This document shows positions 49,511 to 62,000 of a stretch of 64,000 nt of DNA, piece by piece (position 1 is the stretch's first letter; each line of letters begins with the position of its first letter). The DNA is from Fimbriosthenelais zetlandica (taxonomy: Eukaryota). Under the pieces are notes generated by a model, which made no database searches, was not told where the DNA came from, and worked only from the letters and a program-made list of their open reading frames with translations. Position numbers and translations under genes: made by a program. The stretch spans positions 37,634,001 through 37,698,000 of the forward strand of contig OZ365110.1 of assembly GCA_977030845.1 (NCBI GenBank), read 5' to 3'.

Positions 49511-50619
49511 ACTGGAACTGCTCCTCTTGTCCCGCTTTCCCCACTCTCTCTTCCAACTCTTACAGGGACTTCTAACGATCCTTCGGCTTCCTGGATTAGT
49601 TCTACAAAGAGCACCCGTTTCATATCAGAAGCACTTGTTCGAATGAATCTTGGCGGAGAAATTATTTTTCCGTGGCGGTGCATGTACCAGCTACCTGGAA
49701 GAGAAAAACAATCATAGTTGGAATTAGAATTGATCATTAGCATTTCTAGGTACATGCTTCAAGAGGTACTCCTTGAGGCATCTTATAATTATTTATTTAT
49801 TTATTTTATTTATTTTTAATTGTTGGGATTTTGCAGTCCCTTTGTGGCTATATCCTCTTATCTCATATTCTTATACCAGTTATACGCATTAAACATAAGA
49901 CCATACAGTCTCATGATTTTTGCCCAACAACGGCTACAACTATTTCTCTGCATTAAATTAAGTTAATGGCAAGGTAGTGATGCAGTAAAAGCAAGTAAAA
50001 AGGAAAAGAAGTTGAATGAGAGACAGTGCTATAGATCGTTTCGAAGCAGTCATATCAGCTATGATATAAAGATGGATATTCTGTCATAAGAATCTCTCTT
50101 AATGTCATCCTAGTTTAGTGGTGAGCCTAGATAAATGTGTCTTGGAGCGAGTCAGGTGATGTTTTATTCACCAGCCACATTCATAACTCATAGTCTCCCC
50201 GTTTTTTGTTGCTCACCTTATGAAAGCTGCTTTACTTGATAGTAGGCTTTCCCTTTAGATGCTCATATTAAAAGCTAGTCAGACGGATAATGTGGGATGG
50301 ACATTTTCAGCCTGATACCATGGATTCTCTGTCAAATATAGAAAATGACCGAAAGCCCAGCTGTCACAATTCGCTTTTGTCAAGAGTTATGTACGAAACC
50401 CCTTCAGCTTCTCTTACCAGATGAAGGGCAGAAACAGAATCTATTTTTATGTATGTAATGAAAGCCATTAAAATTTTATGAATGTAATTACTAATGCAAT
50501 TAATGGTTTGAAACCTTTCATTTGGCATTAACTCAAATGTCAGTGAGGTGCTGGTTTGAACTCGGGACTCTATGATCATTGATTTCGTTTTATATTCACT
50601 GAGGTTAGGCAGGGCATAC

Positions 50620-50790
50620 GTGTATTATTTATGTGTTTAAACGACTGGTTCTCTGGGATGACCGAGTTGCCTAACAGTGTGAACATGTCCCTTCTGGATC
50701 GTGTTCTCTTTTTGTGGGAGGAGGGAATCCAGATGTGCCCCACTGAGGCCGCCTTGTCGGTCGTGTTCAATGGCTTGAAAGCATGAGCTC
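50620..50790 (-). CDS. Candidate upstream exon of the orphan membrane-protein gene
   Basis: Frame ..PLNTTDKAASVGHIWIPSSHKKRTRSRRDMFTLLGNSVIPENQSFKHINNT has three sequons and a furin-like RTRSRR; phase-1 donor C|gtatgc matches the acceptor at 49695/49694. 5' boundary unclear. Confidence 0.4.
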
Positions 50791-53700
50791 ATGATACCAT
50801 GCACTCCATTCTCCACATCTCTATTTATTTGGGAATTAAACCACCACTTTCTGACCTTTCTTGGAAGCCTTACGTGGTATTTATCACTTCCATTGAAGTA
50901 AGTCTATAATTCCGTAGCCGATTACCCATCTCTCATTATTGTTAAGTCCTATCTTGCTCACCATGACCTGACTGCCGGATATTGCATATAATGTTGCATA
51001 TTTCAGAGGACAGAGATGGTTATATAGAGTTATATGTGAATGTTTGCAGCTATATTACCCTTCTGTATTACATGGCTGGTGACAAGAAGTTATTCCATCT
51101 CAGATCATGCCTAATTACATGCATTTAACTTAGTGAGAATTCCCAATATAGGATGGGAAGTATATATTAAAGCACTATTCTAGACGGGCTAGAAGATATG
51201 AGTGTCCTGATTGTAACATACATTTGACTGCAAACTCATAGCACACACTTATAGCTCTTAGACTTAGAGACTGCTATTATATATCATCCATATTATGATC
51301 GTCTATGCCATTAATCAGAAAACATGCAATGCTACACATGTTTTGTCACCATTTAGTTCTCAGGGTAGGAGATCCCATTAATACAGGTTATTTTCACTTG
51401 CCGTAATACATTATTCAGAATGACATAAGGAAATGAGCTGACTGATTAGCTTCATATCGCACAGGCTATTATTCCTACATCTCAGTATACTCCCACCCGA
51501 TCCTACTGGTGGGCCCAATTATCGCTCAATTGGTAGCCTCTTAAATGCATGACTGGGCCGGGGATTCTCCTGATTTTGCTTGCTTTGTGGTCCCTCGGGG
51601 CCTTTGTGAAGATCAAAAGTAAGAAGATTGCCAGTAAAAAGTAAGCAGAGCAATATTTTGAAAGCCAAACCCCCAGCGAAATAGAGGAGTAGAAAGTGTG
51701 AAGCCGGCAGAGTGGTTAGGAAATTAAGAGCAAGTCAGATGGAATGGGCAGAAAGAAAGCTGTGGTACAGAGACTGAAGAGTAGGGGAAGAAAATGAGAC
51801 TGAGAGAAGGGTAAAGAAAGAGAGGCACAGAGCAAGCAAGACAACCAGCTCTGTCAAGTCAAATTACCAAATCCCCGCGAATCTTCCTTTTAATCGTGCT
51901 AGGATCCTGGATTTTAGCGTTAATCTGATACATTCTTGACGAGATCTGACAAAAATCTGACTAGGTTAATAGGTTTCCAGGAAACGCTTGCCTCTGAAGT
52001 GAGGCTCGTGTAGGAGAATAACATAAAGGGCCTCAGTTGGGAAAATAGTAGAGGAGATACTATGTAGTATATGGAAATGTGGCAGTGGAGCAGGCGTACT
52101 GGCCGCAGTGGCGCCATTCCATTTCTACTGTATAGAGAAGGGTGTTACTGGAGGGCCTTTGGTAGTTCTCTATTTACACAACCATTATATACATGGATAC
52201 TGTTACGTCTTAACACATGTCGGTCATAACCATGATGATAGGTTTAAGCGCAACGTCCACAAAATATCTTTTCATGTCATTTCTCTACTGATTTGCCGTT
52301 GAGAAATCGGCGCCAACCCTCCGATTTTGACGTACATTTGCCCAATCATCTGAACGGATTTTTAATTTGCTCCCGATCACCCATGGTCGCAAAATCGGGA
52401 TGAAAATCTTGCAGTGGACGTTGGTCTTTTGCCACATGTTTTATATAAGTCAAAAGAGATGGTACTAAATGAGGAAATATGATACATCCGAATCTTATTA
52501 CGCTAGATAATTACCATGTCATTCCCCGTGTTGTAGCCAGATTCGGTTTCTCTTCACTTCTGACACGGAAAATGAACAATAACATGTTTCTATAATTATA
52601 GAGGTGTGTAATAAGGGGGTTCATATGACAGCTGTCATATGAACACTTTGAAAGGAAGAAAATGTAATATTTTGGACAAGGTTCAAGCAAAACCGTAATG
52701 CCACAGTGAACTCTTTTTTGGAACTCATCTTTCGAAAGCTTGTATATTTCTCTCCTTGGCTCCAGTTCCTATAGTATAAGACACGACTTAGCCCTAAAAG
52801 TTGCTTGCGTGGAAAAAAAACTGGTAGTAAAATGTCTACCGAGTCGCTTATGAAATTTTCACATCAAAGCCTCAGGTCACGGGGAAGGAAATATTACTGT
52901 CGATTTATATGCCAGTGATGGCCCACATTTTGTCTGTACGGCAGTCATAGTAAGACGCCCACCACTGTGAATGATGCTTTGCAAACTTTTCCTCATACAC
53001 TACTCTCCCTCCAGGGTTTTCCTCGGGCTCCATACATCTATCAAGTCAGAGCTAGTCCAGCTATTACGCCTACAGGAGCACAAACAAGTTTCTGATAGGG
53101 GCGTATCCACGGCGCGGCTCTTTGTCATGTCTGTGGGAGGGGATGACACACTAGTCGCATTAGGTTTCCCTGTGGGACGCCTGATAATTTGATATGGGAG
53201 GCTGGATCGGTGGTTGTGGGCCACCGTAGCTCCATCCTGGTCCTACTTTAGACTAAATGGTATGTTGGATGTATAGGCTTAATGACGGCTTGTCAAACTT
53301 AGGAAATCTCCAGGCAGTAGTGGGGAAAATGATGGTCTCTCACCCAGCCCCTCAATATAGATCAGCAAAAGGCCGTCTCCAATGAGAGTCTTTCATCAAT
53401 ATGCTTAATACTCCCATGACCTTCCTTGGAAATTTGGTATTGCCAGGCTTTTATTTGTGATTTTCAGATATTCAAATTTCCACACTCCACTATTAGCTTC
53501 CTATAACGAGATTTAGTTTCCAACAACAAATTCACAATCATTGCAGAAAGATAGTATTGTTATACCTTCTTACGAGTCACCTAATGACCACAAATCATTG
53601 AGATTCTATGTAAATTTTAGCTTATCTTGAAATTTATAGCTTGTCTAAGTACATGTAACCACCGGGGACTTTGGGTATACACCGTAACAGTACATGTGTC

Positions 53701-55769
53701 GTGAGAAAGCCACACCCATTCTTGCATGTTTCCAAACTGTTATGAAACATAACTCGTGCTATTAAAAGGAAACATATTATATCAATAAATAGCAAAACAT
53801 ATATGGCGAAGCTATGTATTAAGTATAGCAAAGAATTGCCTCTCTTTTTAAAGTGAGGGTTACACCTATGACAACAGGTGCAAACAATGAAGTATACACT
53901 ATAACATACTGTGAACTTACTTAAATTCTATGACACGCCTGTGTAGTTGGCGACATTCTTTTGTTATCTACACACTAATGCATATGCTACAAATAACTTG
54001 ATTCTGTATCTACTCAAAGATACATTGTATAAAACACTCTTGGGGGTTGAGGGGTGGGGTCTTTTGTCATCCTGTTATATGTCATTCGAACATCAGCAGT
54101 TCTGTAGAACTGTTTGTAGTTTGATAAAGTTTTTATTCTATGCTGTAATATATGAGTATCTATTACTACTCCAACTCTGGCTCAGTGTGATCGATGATGT
54201 CTTTCTGGAGAGCAATCCAGGTATGTCAACAATGGCAACCAGTATTCTGCTGTGTAATCAAGTCTCGCCCAAGGTTATCAATAAGTTCAGACGCAAGCTG
54301 CATCATATAACACAGAACTAATTTTACTTATAAAGAGCCCGCGAGAACCATAATTTTCATCACTGGTCCTTAGTTCTGATTGGTAATGATTTTCAGAACA
54401 GGAATGGACTCCAACTACAAACGTTGTCATTAGAAACAAAGAGATTGTCCTGAATACTTGCCTAATGAAGAGTTGATCATGCCTTTTGAGACACGTTGTA
54501 ATCCAACCCTTCTTGCATAAAATTCTGGGGTTTGGAACGGATGCTTTTTTGTGGGAATTTAAGAAGTTTCTCATTTGCTGTGCCTGACTTCAATGGCATT
54601 TATTAAAGAAATACTGACAATGGGGAACTTCATGGCCTTGGGCTGTGGGCTGAAATTTCAGTGCAGCCAGCCCGCAATTCAGAGGCCTTCCATCCTGTTT
54701 CACAATGTCTTGGATTTAGTCCAGGCCATTGAGACATTGAGATTTCATAAGTCTCCCTGCTGGGCAGGGCAGGACTTCCTCATGCCAATATGGAGAGGAA
54801 CTAAGACTGATAATGGATTGCAGCGGAGCAGATGTGAACTTTGCCCTCTGGGCTAGAATGTAGGAACTGTAGTGATGGGCTATTTCACGCTATTACATCC
54901 CGGCCTTGCTGTTATTAGTCAATAGAATGCTGCCTTCTATTAGTCAATCGATTAGCCTTTGTCAGAAGTCAATAGAATGACCTTTGACAGCCACAATCTC
55001 TGACAGGGACAATCGACCACTGACCAAAAATACATATTCTCTTCCGGAGACTGTTTCAGTCTTGCTCTTGAAAGCACCTGCCTATAGAACCTTGGCACTT
55101 TTGTCTATATTCATAGGTAGTCTAAGACAGAAGATGTTTGGCAGTGAGATTTGATCGTAATAATAATATCTATACTCTGTACATATAATTTACCTATTTC
55201 TTGCTACAATAATCATCTGTTAACTTCAATAATCATCCTGATATAATATTTATATAAATTTATACACATATTTAAGTTCGATACAAGCAAAAGCTGGGCA
55301 TTTTAATGTCCCTGCCATCTGACATATGGTTTGTCATGATTTGATCATCAGCACTTAGAAAGAAAGATTGCCTAATCCAGCCGTCCATTAATGCCTTTCT
55401 GAGCTAGTGCTTGAGAAGCAATATCAGTAGCTCATTGTTTCCCTGAGACATGACTATGAATTATGTACTGTGAGCCATTGTTTGAGTTTAGCAGTATTAG
55501 TGGCAGACAATGATGACCAAGTATTCACTTTGAGAAGACGGATAACCACTAGCTGCTGTGATAGATGACCTTAGTAATATTTCATGTATTGATACTGCTG
55601 CGAAGATAATTCTCCCAAAGATGAAAGATAGCGGGCCATTAGTTTGATTATATTATGGTATTAGTGTTAAAAACTCCCTATCAAATATATATAGTTATTG
55701 GCGGTAAAGATATTTTGTTCATCTCATCTCTAAACATAGGCAAAACTAGAGCTTTGCACCTACTCATTT

Positions 55770-55805
55770 AGTTGTTCGTTATTGAGCAGTTGTTCGTTAT
55801 TGAGC
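55770..55805 (+). repeat. 18-bp tandem duplication
   Basis: AGTTGTTCGTTATTGAGC x2, exact. Confidence 0.9.
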
Positions 55806-58800
55806 AGCTCATATTATGTAGTCTTTGGAATACATGAACAGACCAGTCACTTGGAAATAATCACTGTCAGCTTTGTGGTCCAGAAATTAATACAGTTTGA
55901 TAAGCTGAGATGTAGGCCCCTCCAGCTATTATGAGTATGGGGTGACAATCTCTGGTGAGTGTTACACTACCATGGCTGGAGGCCCTATTAATACCAACAG
56001 ATTTACATCGCTCCGGCTTCATGTAACATTGACCCATTCATTAATATAACCCACTCATACAGGTTGAAATCGTCAGTGTTTACCTTGTAACAAGAGTAAA
56101 GTCCTTCTCTTATTGCTGCTCAGTCTCAAGTGAGGTACAATCCCATTGCAGTGGTCCCAGTTGTTGAACAGGTTCCATCCTTGCCACACGTGAGTCACTC
56201 CCTCCTACTCTCTTCCTGCTCCTCCCACTCTTACAAGCGTCTCAATGAGAAAGACGCTCGGGTGGTGCTTGTGGTTGTTCTATATAGACTTCCCTGGCGC
56301 CCCATCCTTCTCTCATTCTCTCTCACTCTCCCTCCTCTCTCTCCTGTTACAGGCGCTTCTCTCCTCTCTCACACTTGCCTTTACTTATATCCAGGGCAAG
56401 TTGCTTGCAGCGCCACCAGTGGAGGTGGTGGAGGGGTAGGCGTCAGTGCACTGTTTATGTTCATATCGATGCCGGATGGCAGTGTTTGTCCAGGGACACA
56501 TTGTGCATCCTGGCTTGCCACTTGGAGTGTGGAAGCGTGTTTGGCCCCATCCAGCCTCCAACTGGCCAAAGCGGTTGGCCCGTGTTTTTCTGATGCTAGT
56601 TTAGTCTTTAAAAATCACAAGGAAATGTTATCCAAAAATTGAAATTTATAAGCCGTAGGAATGTTATAATTTCATAGGGCCAAATATGACAAGAGAATAG
56701 TTTGGCACTTGCTTTTAGGGCTATATTGCAATGTTTTAATAACGTAAAGGACTATGCAGGGTAATTATGGAATTACGGATAAATCAATTATAAAATCGGA
56801 TGGGTCCCTGTGCCAAGATGGAGCCTAATTAAATCAGCCAAGGCCCCTCTGAACCTCGCCCCTCTTTAATTTCACATCATTAAAACCTGGATTTTTAACC
56901 AATTGCGGCTGCTGCTTCCTCTCATTTTACCGTGTTTCCTGTCAAGACTCGATACACCCCCATAAACATTTATGTTGCCTTATATTTACATTTACGTCAT
57001 ACCCAACTTAATATCGCAATGAATGAAGAGGCAAATTGATCAAAAAATGCCAAGGCTTATCTTTGCAAAACTGAAGTTAAATATTGAAAGCATCATGCCT
57101 GTATTTTAGGAGGGCGGCCTTGGCACGTGCTCATGTTGATGTGGTTGAATTGACTCACTGATAGAGTTATGTATGTTCATATCTGTAATGTATTGCTCTG
57201 GAGTCAGAATGCCAAGTTCTGTGGGCCCAGTAGCAATGGGGTATCCTGAACGCTCTGTGTATCTTCCATCAATGTATACAAGCCCCAGTCTGCACTGACT
57301 GAGTACTTGTGGGGGAGGGGCAGGTTATATATGTGTGGCTAGTACATAACATTCCAGCTGGATGCATGCTGAATCTGTTTTGCCATTACATCAGTACCCT
57401 CCACCTCCCCTTGCTTTGCACCTGGGTAGAGGGCATGTACACATTCCATGAGTAATGACTGATGCTTAGAGTGGCAGCTGAAGGAACAAAGGACGCCGAG
57501 TCTTTGCCATGTATATGCACCTTTCATGCAGTTACTTGATGTGAACTTCCTGTGAGTCTTCTTCAATAGACCTGATTACCATAAATTTTTAAACTCATAT
57601 TCAAGTGAAATTCTGCTGTGTACATTAAAATATGCACTTCATAATTTGTTTTCAATAATGATGAACAGATCACTGAAAAAAATTATCAAGTCACATTCTG
57701 ATCGATGTCTGTTCAGAGCTGAGCTAATGGCCTTGTGAACAAAAAATCAAGAAGGAAATTCCATTGTTCTATCTGTTCTATTATCTTCTGATCTGTGCTT
57801 TTAAATTTATCTTTTAATGAAGCAATTTGGTAAGCGATTGAGGAAAATGTCATGTTTTGCAAATCCATTTGCACGCTCATTGATTTCTTCCCTTCGGTTT
57901 CTCAGATAGGAGGTGCGGCATCAACTGCTTGAAATAAATACTGTTCACCATGTCCCAACGAAATTTTATATTAATCCAAACCATAAACTATATTCAGAAT
58001 TAATGTAGGAAGCAGTATCAGTGGTAATGCTGGTGAGTGTCTTATCTCGCAATTTAAATTCAGAATTTCAATACCTCAATACATTCTGAATACCTGGAAA
58101 GTATTATTAGTCAGAAGTCTAGATATTCGGTATGTTTATAAATTTTCATATCTTTCCTCTTATTCTGCATCATCATTTTTGCTACCTTCAGCAGCTGCTA
58201 ACTTTTACCAGTTTCTAGAGGGCACTGCATTTGTTACCTTGGCTCACTCCGTGGTATATCCAATGGCCAAGTCCAACTAGGAACGCCAATCTACTATCTG
58301 CGTTCTCCTACAGGCAATATAATCCCCTGCCATTTCCATATATACCCTGCAATCCTGGACGATTGCCCTCCTCCCATGCATTAGCCCTGTGAGAAATTGG
58401 TCTCTAAACGACTACTCTAGAGTGCGGCTGTTTCATTCCCTACCATTTCTGACTGGTGAATTTTTTCACTGCATTCTGTGATGGCCCTTTGAGGGATCCT
58501 TTTCCATCATTTGCATAGTGGCAGTGTTAGTGATACTATATCTGCGGCTGCTTGTCACGTGCAATTGGGCAGGATGCCCTGGAGGTAAGGTGTCTAAGAG
58601 GCCTCGGTCAGTGGAAGACCTCATGCAGCGAACTCTGCCATAAGAGGATGGGATCAGGCAGAGTATTCCCTATAGGGACGCTGGGTGTAACTCAAGGGTC
58701 ACAAGCAAACCCTCCAGCCTGCCACCTCTAATTTTCACTAGCTAGGAAGGCAGCACAGCCCGGAAAGGCCAGGGGTATTGACATGAGTGGTTTGGAAGTG

Positions 58801-61547
58801 ATGCGTATTGTGAAGCCGGACGAACCTTTCCTGCCAGGTTGGGGGTGCATTGCCATGCCAGTCGTGTTGCAATCAATGGAGAGGATCCACTACTAAAACG
58901 AAGCCATCAGTGGAGAGCTTGGCTTTAGACGGGGCATGTATAGACCGATGGGTTCGAAGCTTCTGGGGACATAGTTCTCTATTGACTGCTATTTACTCCA
59001 AGATCAATGCCATCCACTGACCCCATCCTGACAGACAGAGGCCCTACTGTGCTTAGTTATCCACCGCCTCTACACCCCTCCGGCTGACATCAATAAATTC
59101 TCCACCCCATCCCACTTCTTCTTCACCCATCACCATCCCTTTCTTTGCCCCAGTAAGGAGGAGCAGTCCAAATAGACTGTGCAGACCCATCAAGCAAGCC
59201 TCCCTCGCCTCTTAAGCAACTCAGTGGCTAAATTTGCACGGAAATTGTGCCTCGCAATCCAAGCAGAGAGAGAGGAGGTGGCTGGTTGGACTCTTCTGGC
59301 AGTGACTGGTTAGCTGGGGAAATGGGATGATTTGACCAGCAATTCGTGCCTGTTAGTCGCTATGAAGCTCGAGCCCCAATGCTCAATACATTTTTTTGTC
59401 CCCAAAGACTTTCAAGGCTGTGCTCCTACCTAAATCAATCTCCAGTTCATAACTCGCTACTGTAGGGACATGTGAAGGCCCTTATATCTAAAGGCAGATT
59501 TGTCCATTTGATGTCCTTTCTTATAGTGCTTGCATGGTGAAGTAATAAAAAAGATTTCATCCAACGTAGTGTTAGGAACCTAAATTCGTCTGAAAGAAAA
59601 ATCTTTATCGTTATGATAGTTTTTGGTATTGCTAAATATCACCAGGCTTTCCTCTGATGTTGTACAATTTCGGTCATACCTATTAAAGATGAAAGGAACT
59701 AGGAAAAATTTTAGTTAAAGTTTAGCAAGTTTTCCTCACTCACAATGAATTGTGATATAATGGCATGCAGACATCAGCGTGCATTAGCCAAAGTTCTTTT
59801 TAATCATGGATCTCATCTGGGCTCTTTTATATAAAAGACACTTCCTCTTCATGTTTGTAAGGTTGTTCTTATTGTTGCCCCAGCGCCTCCGTACAAGCTT
59901 GTAAGCTATCAGTAGACACGACTGCCACGACCGGAAGCTTTTCCTCCAGATTTATTGTCCCGCTCTACACTGTGAATATCCCCCATCCAATCACGCCTTT
60001 GTGTAGGCTCCATTTCCTTGTCGACCAGTTCCCTAAAGAAATGATGGAGACATCCCAGCGTCTGTGGGATGGATGGGCGAAAAGCAGCATTGACAAGGCA
60101 CCAATTATCACTTCTTGCTGGACCAAAGGCATGGCAGTCCTGAGCCTGCTGATAGAGCATGCAATGGATTGATGGCCTCTCCGACAGTCTTCTAAGATTG
60201 GCGATATTGGACCCATTTGGAGGCCAATTACATTTCTTGCTCCCATCCTGGCTTACAATGGGCCTGTCTTGCACTTTAATATGTTGGATATTGGATTGGG
60301 TATTAGTTTTGCCCATCTAGAAGATTAATCTTCACCATTCCTGAAGTAAGAGATTAAAAAAGTTGGTGTTCATAGTAGTATGTGAGATATAATTCCTGGT
60401 CTATTCAAGGACCGCATGGACTAGGGTTATATTTAACAACTGACCATGTGAGAGGGCCTTATATATGCTAAAGGAGAAGGAGGAGTGAGACCTGCCCTCG
60501 TTGAACTGTTTCAAATATGACTTTTATACACTGCTTAATGGTATTTCTGCGTGTACGGCAACCAAAATGGTCTGATGTTTACCCTGTTTTAGAAGAGACA
60601 TAAATCCACGAGTTAATGCCTCATTTCAGTGATGGCCAGGGCTCATGTCACTTCCTCAGTTAGCACAAAATGAAGGCAGCAAACATCGCCCCCACTTCCA
60701 GGATGAGTGGCAAGATTTAATCAACTGATCCACCGACTGCTTGCCCCCATTCACATTAGTGCGGCTTAAACCAGACAGATTTGTTGGGAAGCCCTTTGCA
60801 TGGATACTGGGAATCACTGTTGCTATCACTTTTCCTGCATAAAAAGACCAACTGCTATGGAATTTCATACAATCAATTATGAAATCATGTCCGTGTTGTT
60901 TAATAATAATGACTGTCCTATAATTCATTCCTATTTCATATATTTGTGATTGCGCCATTAGTAATTAAACTGGTTGTGTTGAAGCAATAAAAGTGCAGGA
61001 AAATTGAAATTCACAGCTCCTGGAGGCCATGTATTAACTTTGAATCTGTCTGCAACAGAGGGGAAGGCATGGGAACCGACACATGGTGCAAAGTCCTTTG
61101 CATTTCTTGAGGACTCTGGCTCCGGTTTGAATGTGTTACAACATGCCATCTATGCCAGAGTTAGAAACAAGGAAATGCGATAAAAGAGGGCCGGGGGAGG
61201 AAGGTGGGACTGAAAGAGGGGGTCAAAGTGGGAGAGAGAAGATGGGAGAGCCTGCAGCCTGCAGAGAAGTCCTGCCGCCTGCAAAAATTCACATACTGGA
61301 AGTGTTGACCCATGCGACCACCTCATATCTTGAGGAGACCAAATTTGGCACCCTGGGTCTATACGGTTCTTGCATCCAAAATGCTAATTGGTGATCAATG
61401 CACAACTTTGCAATTTGTCTCTAAAATGTATAAAGTGTTTTCACAGGGATTCATTGATTTTCAGATGCATTCCCGCAAATTATACTTTATTGATACCAAC
61501 AATATCATTCTCTGATAGCTTCTGACTTCACATAGTATTTTGATTAT

Positions 61548-62000
61548 TTAATTGCCCATGACATTAGCGGCTATGAACATGTATACAGAATGGGAGGAAA
61601 ACGTATCGGTTTCTCCATCTGAGTTCATTAGAGAGCTATGAATCATTGCTCCGGCTATCTCAGTGTAGCTTTTTATGCTACAGACCGTCCTATCAAAGAT
61701 ATTATCACTATACTGCAGTCTGTCTCTAAGCCCTAGGCCATCGTATGTAACCAATCCCTGACTTGTCCCTTCATCAGAGGTTGTTTTTTTGTGTCTCAGC
61801 AGGCATGAGCCAGCCTAATACCTGAGGCAGGGTAAGGGAGTCACATAACTCCATATCAGTCTAGATATGCAGCATTATTTGCATTGGATTTCCTGTAATA
61901 TGCATTGAATCCCCCTCCAATCTTCCCCGCACTTTAGTTATAGTTTTAGACTTTGAGAAAGTTGTAGCTAGTGTACTTCGTGAACACGGTTCCAGTTTCA
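61548..62000 (-). mobile_element. Decayed tyrosine-recombinase retroelement fragment (DIRS/Ngaro-like)
   Basis: TTFSKSKT (~61950; cf. xxSKTD) followed by DTFSSHSV (~61590; cf. HSxR box) in YR order. The surrounding 57.8-63.4 kb is GC-richer and has broken frames consistent with old retroelement DNA. Confidence 0.35.

Noticed and set aside
50530-50612. B-box-like GAGTTCAAACC (50553-50563, minus strand)
   Set aside because: No cloverleaf and a poor A box; at most a tRNA-derived SINE remnant, not a tRNA gene.
51549-51618. Plus-strand signal-peptide-like MTGPGILLILLALWSLGAFVKIK with a gtaaga donor
   Set aside because: No downstream plus-strand exon was found, and it is on the wrong strand for the orphan membrane gene.
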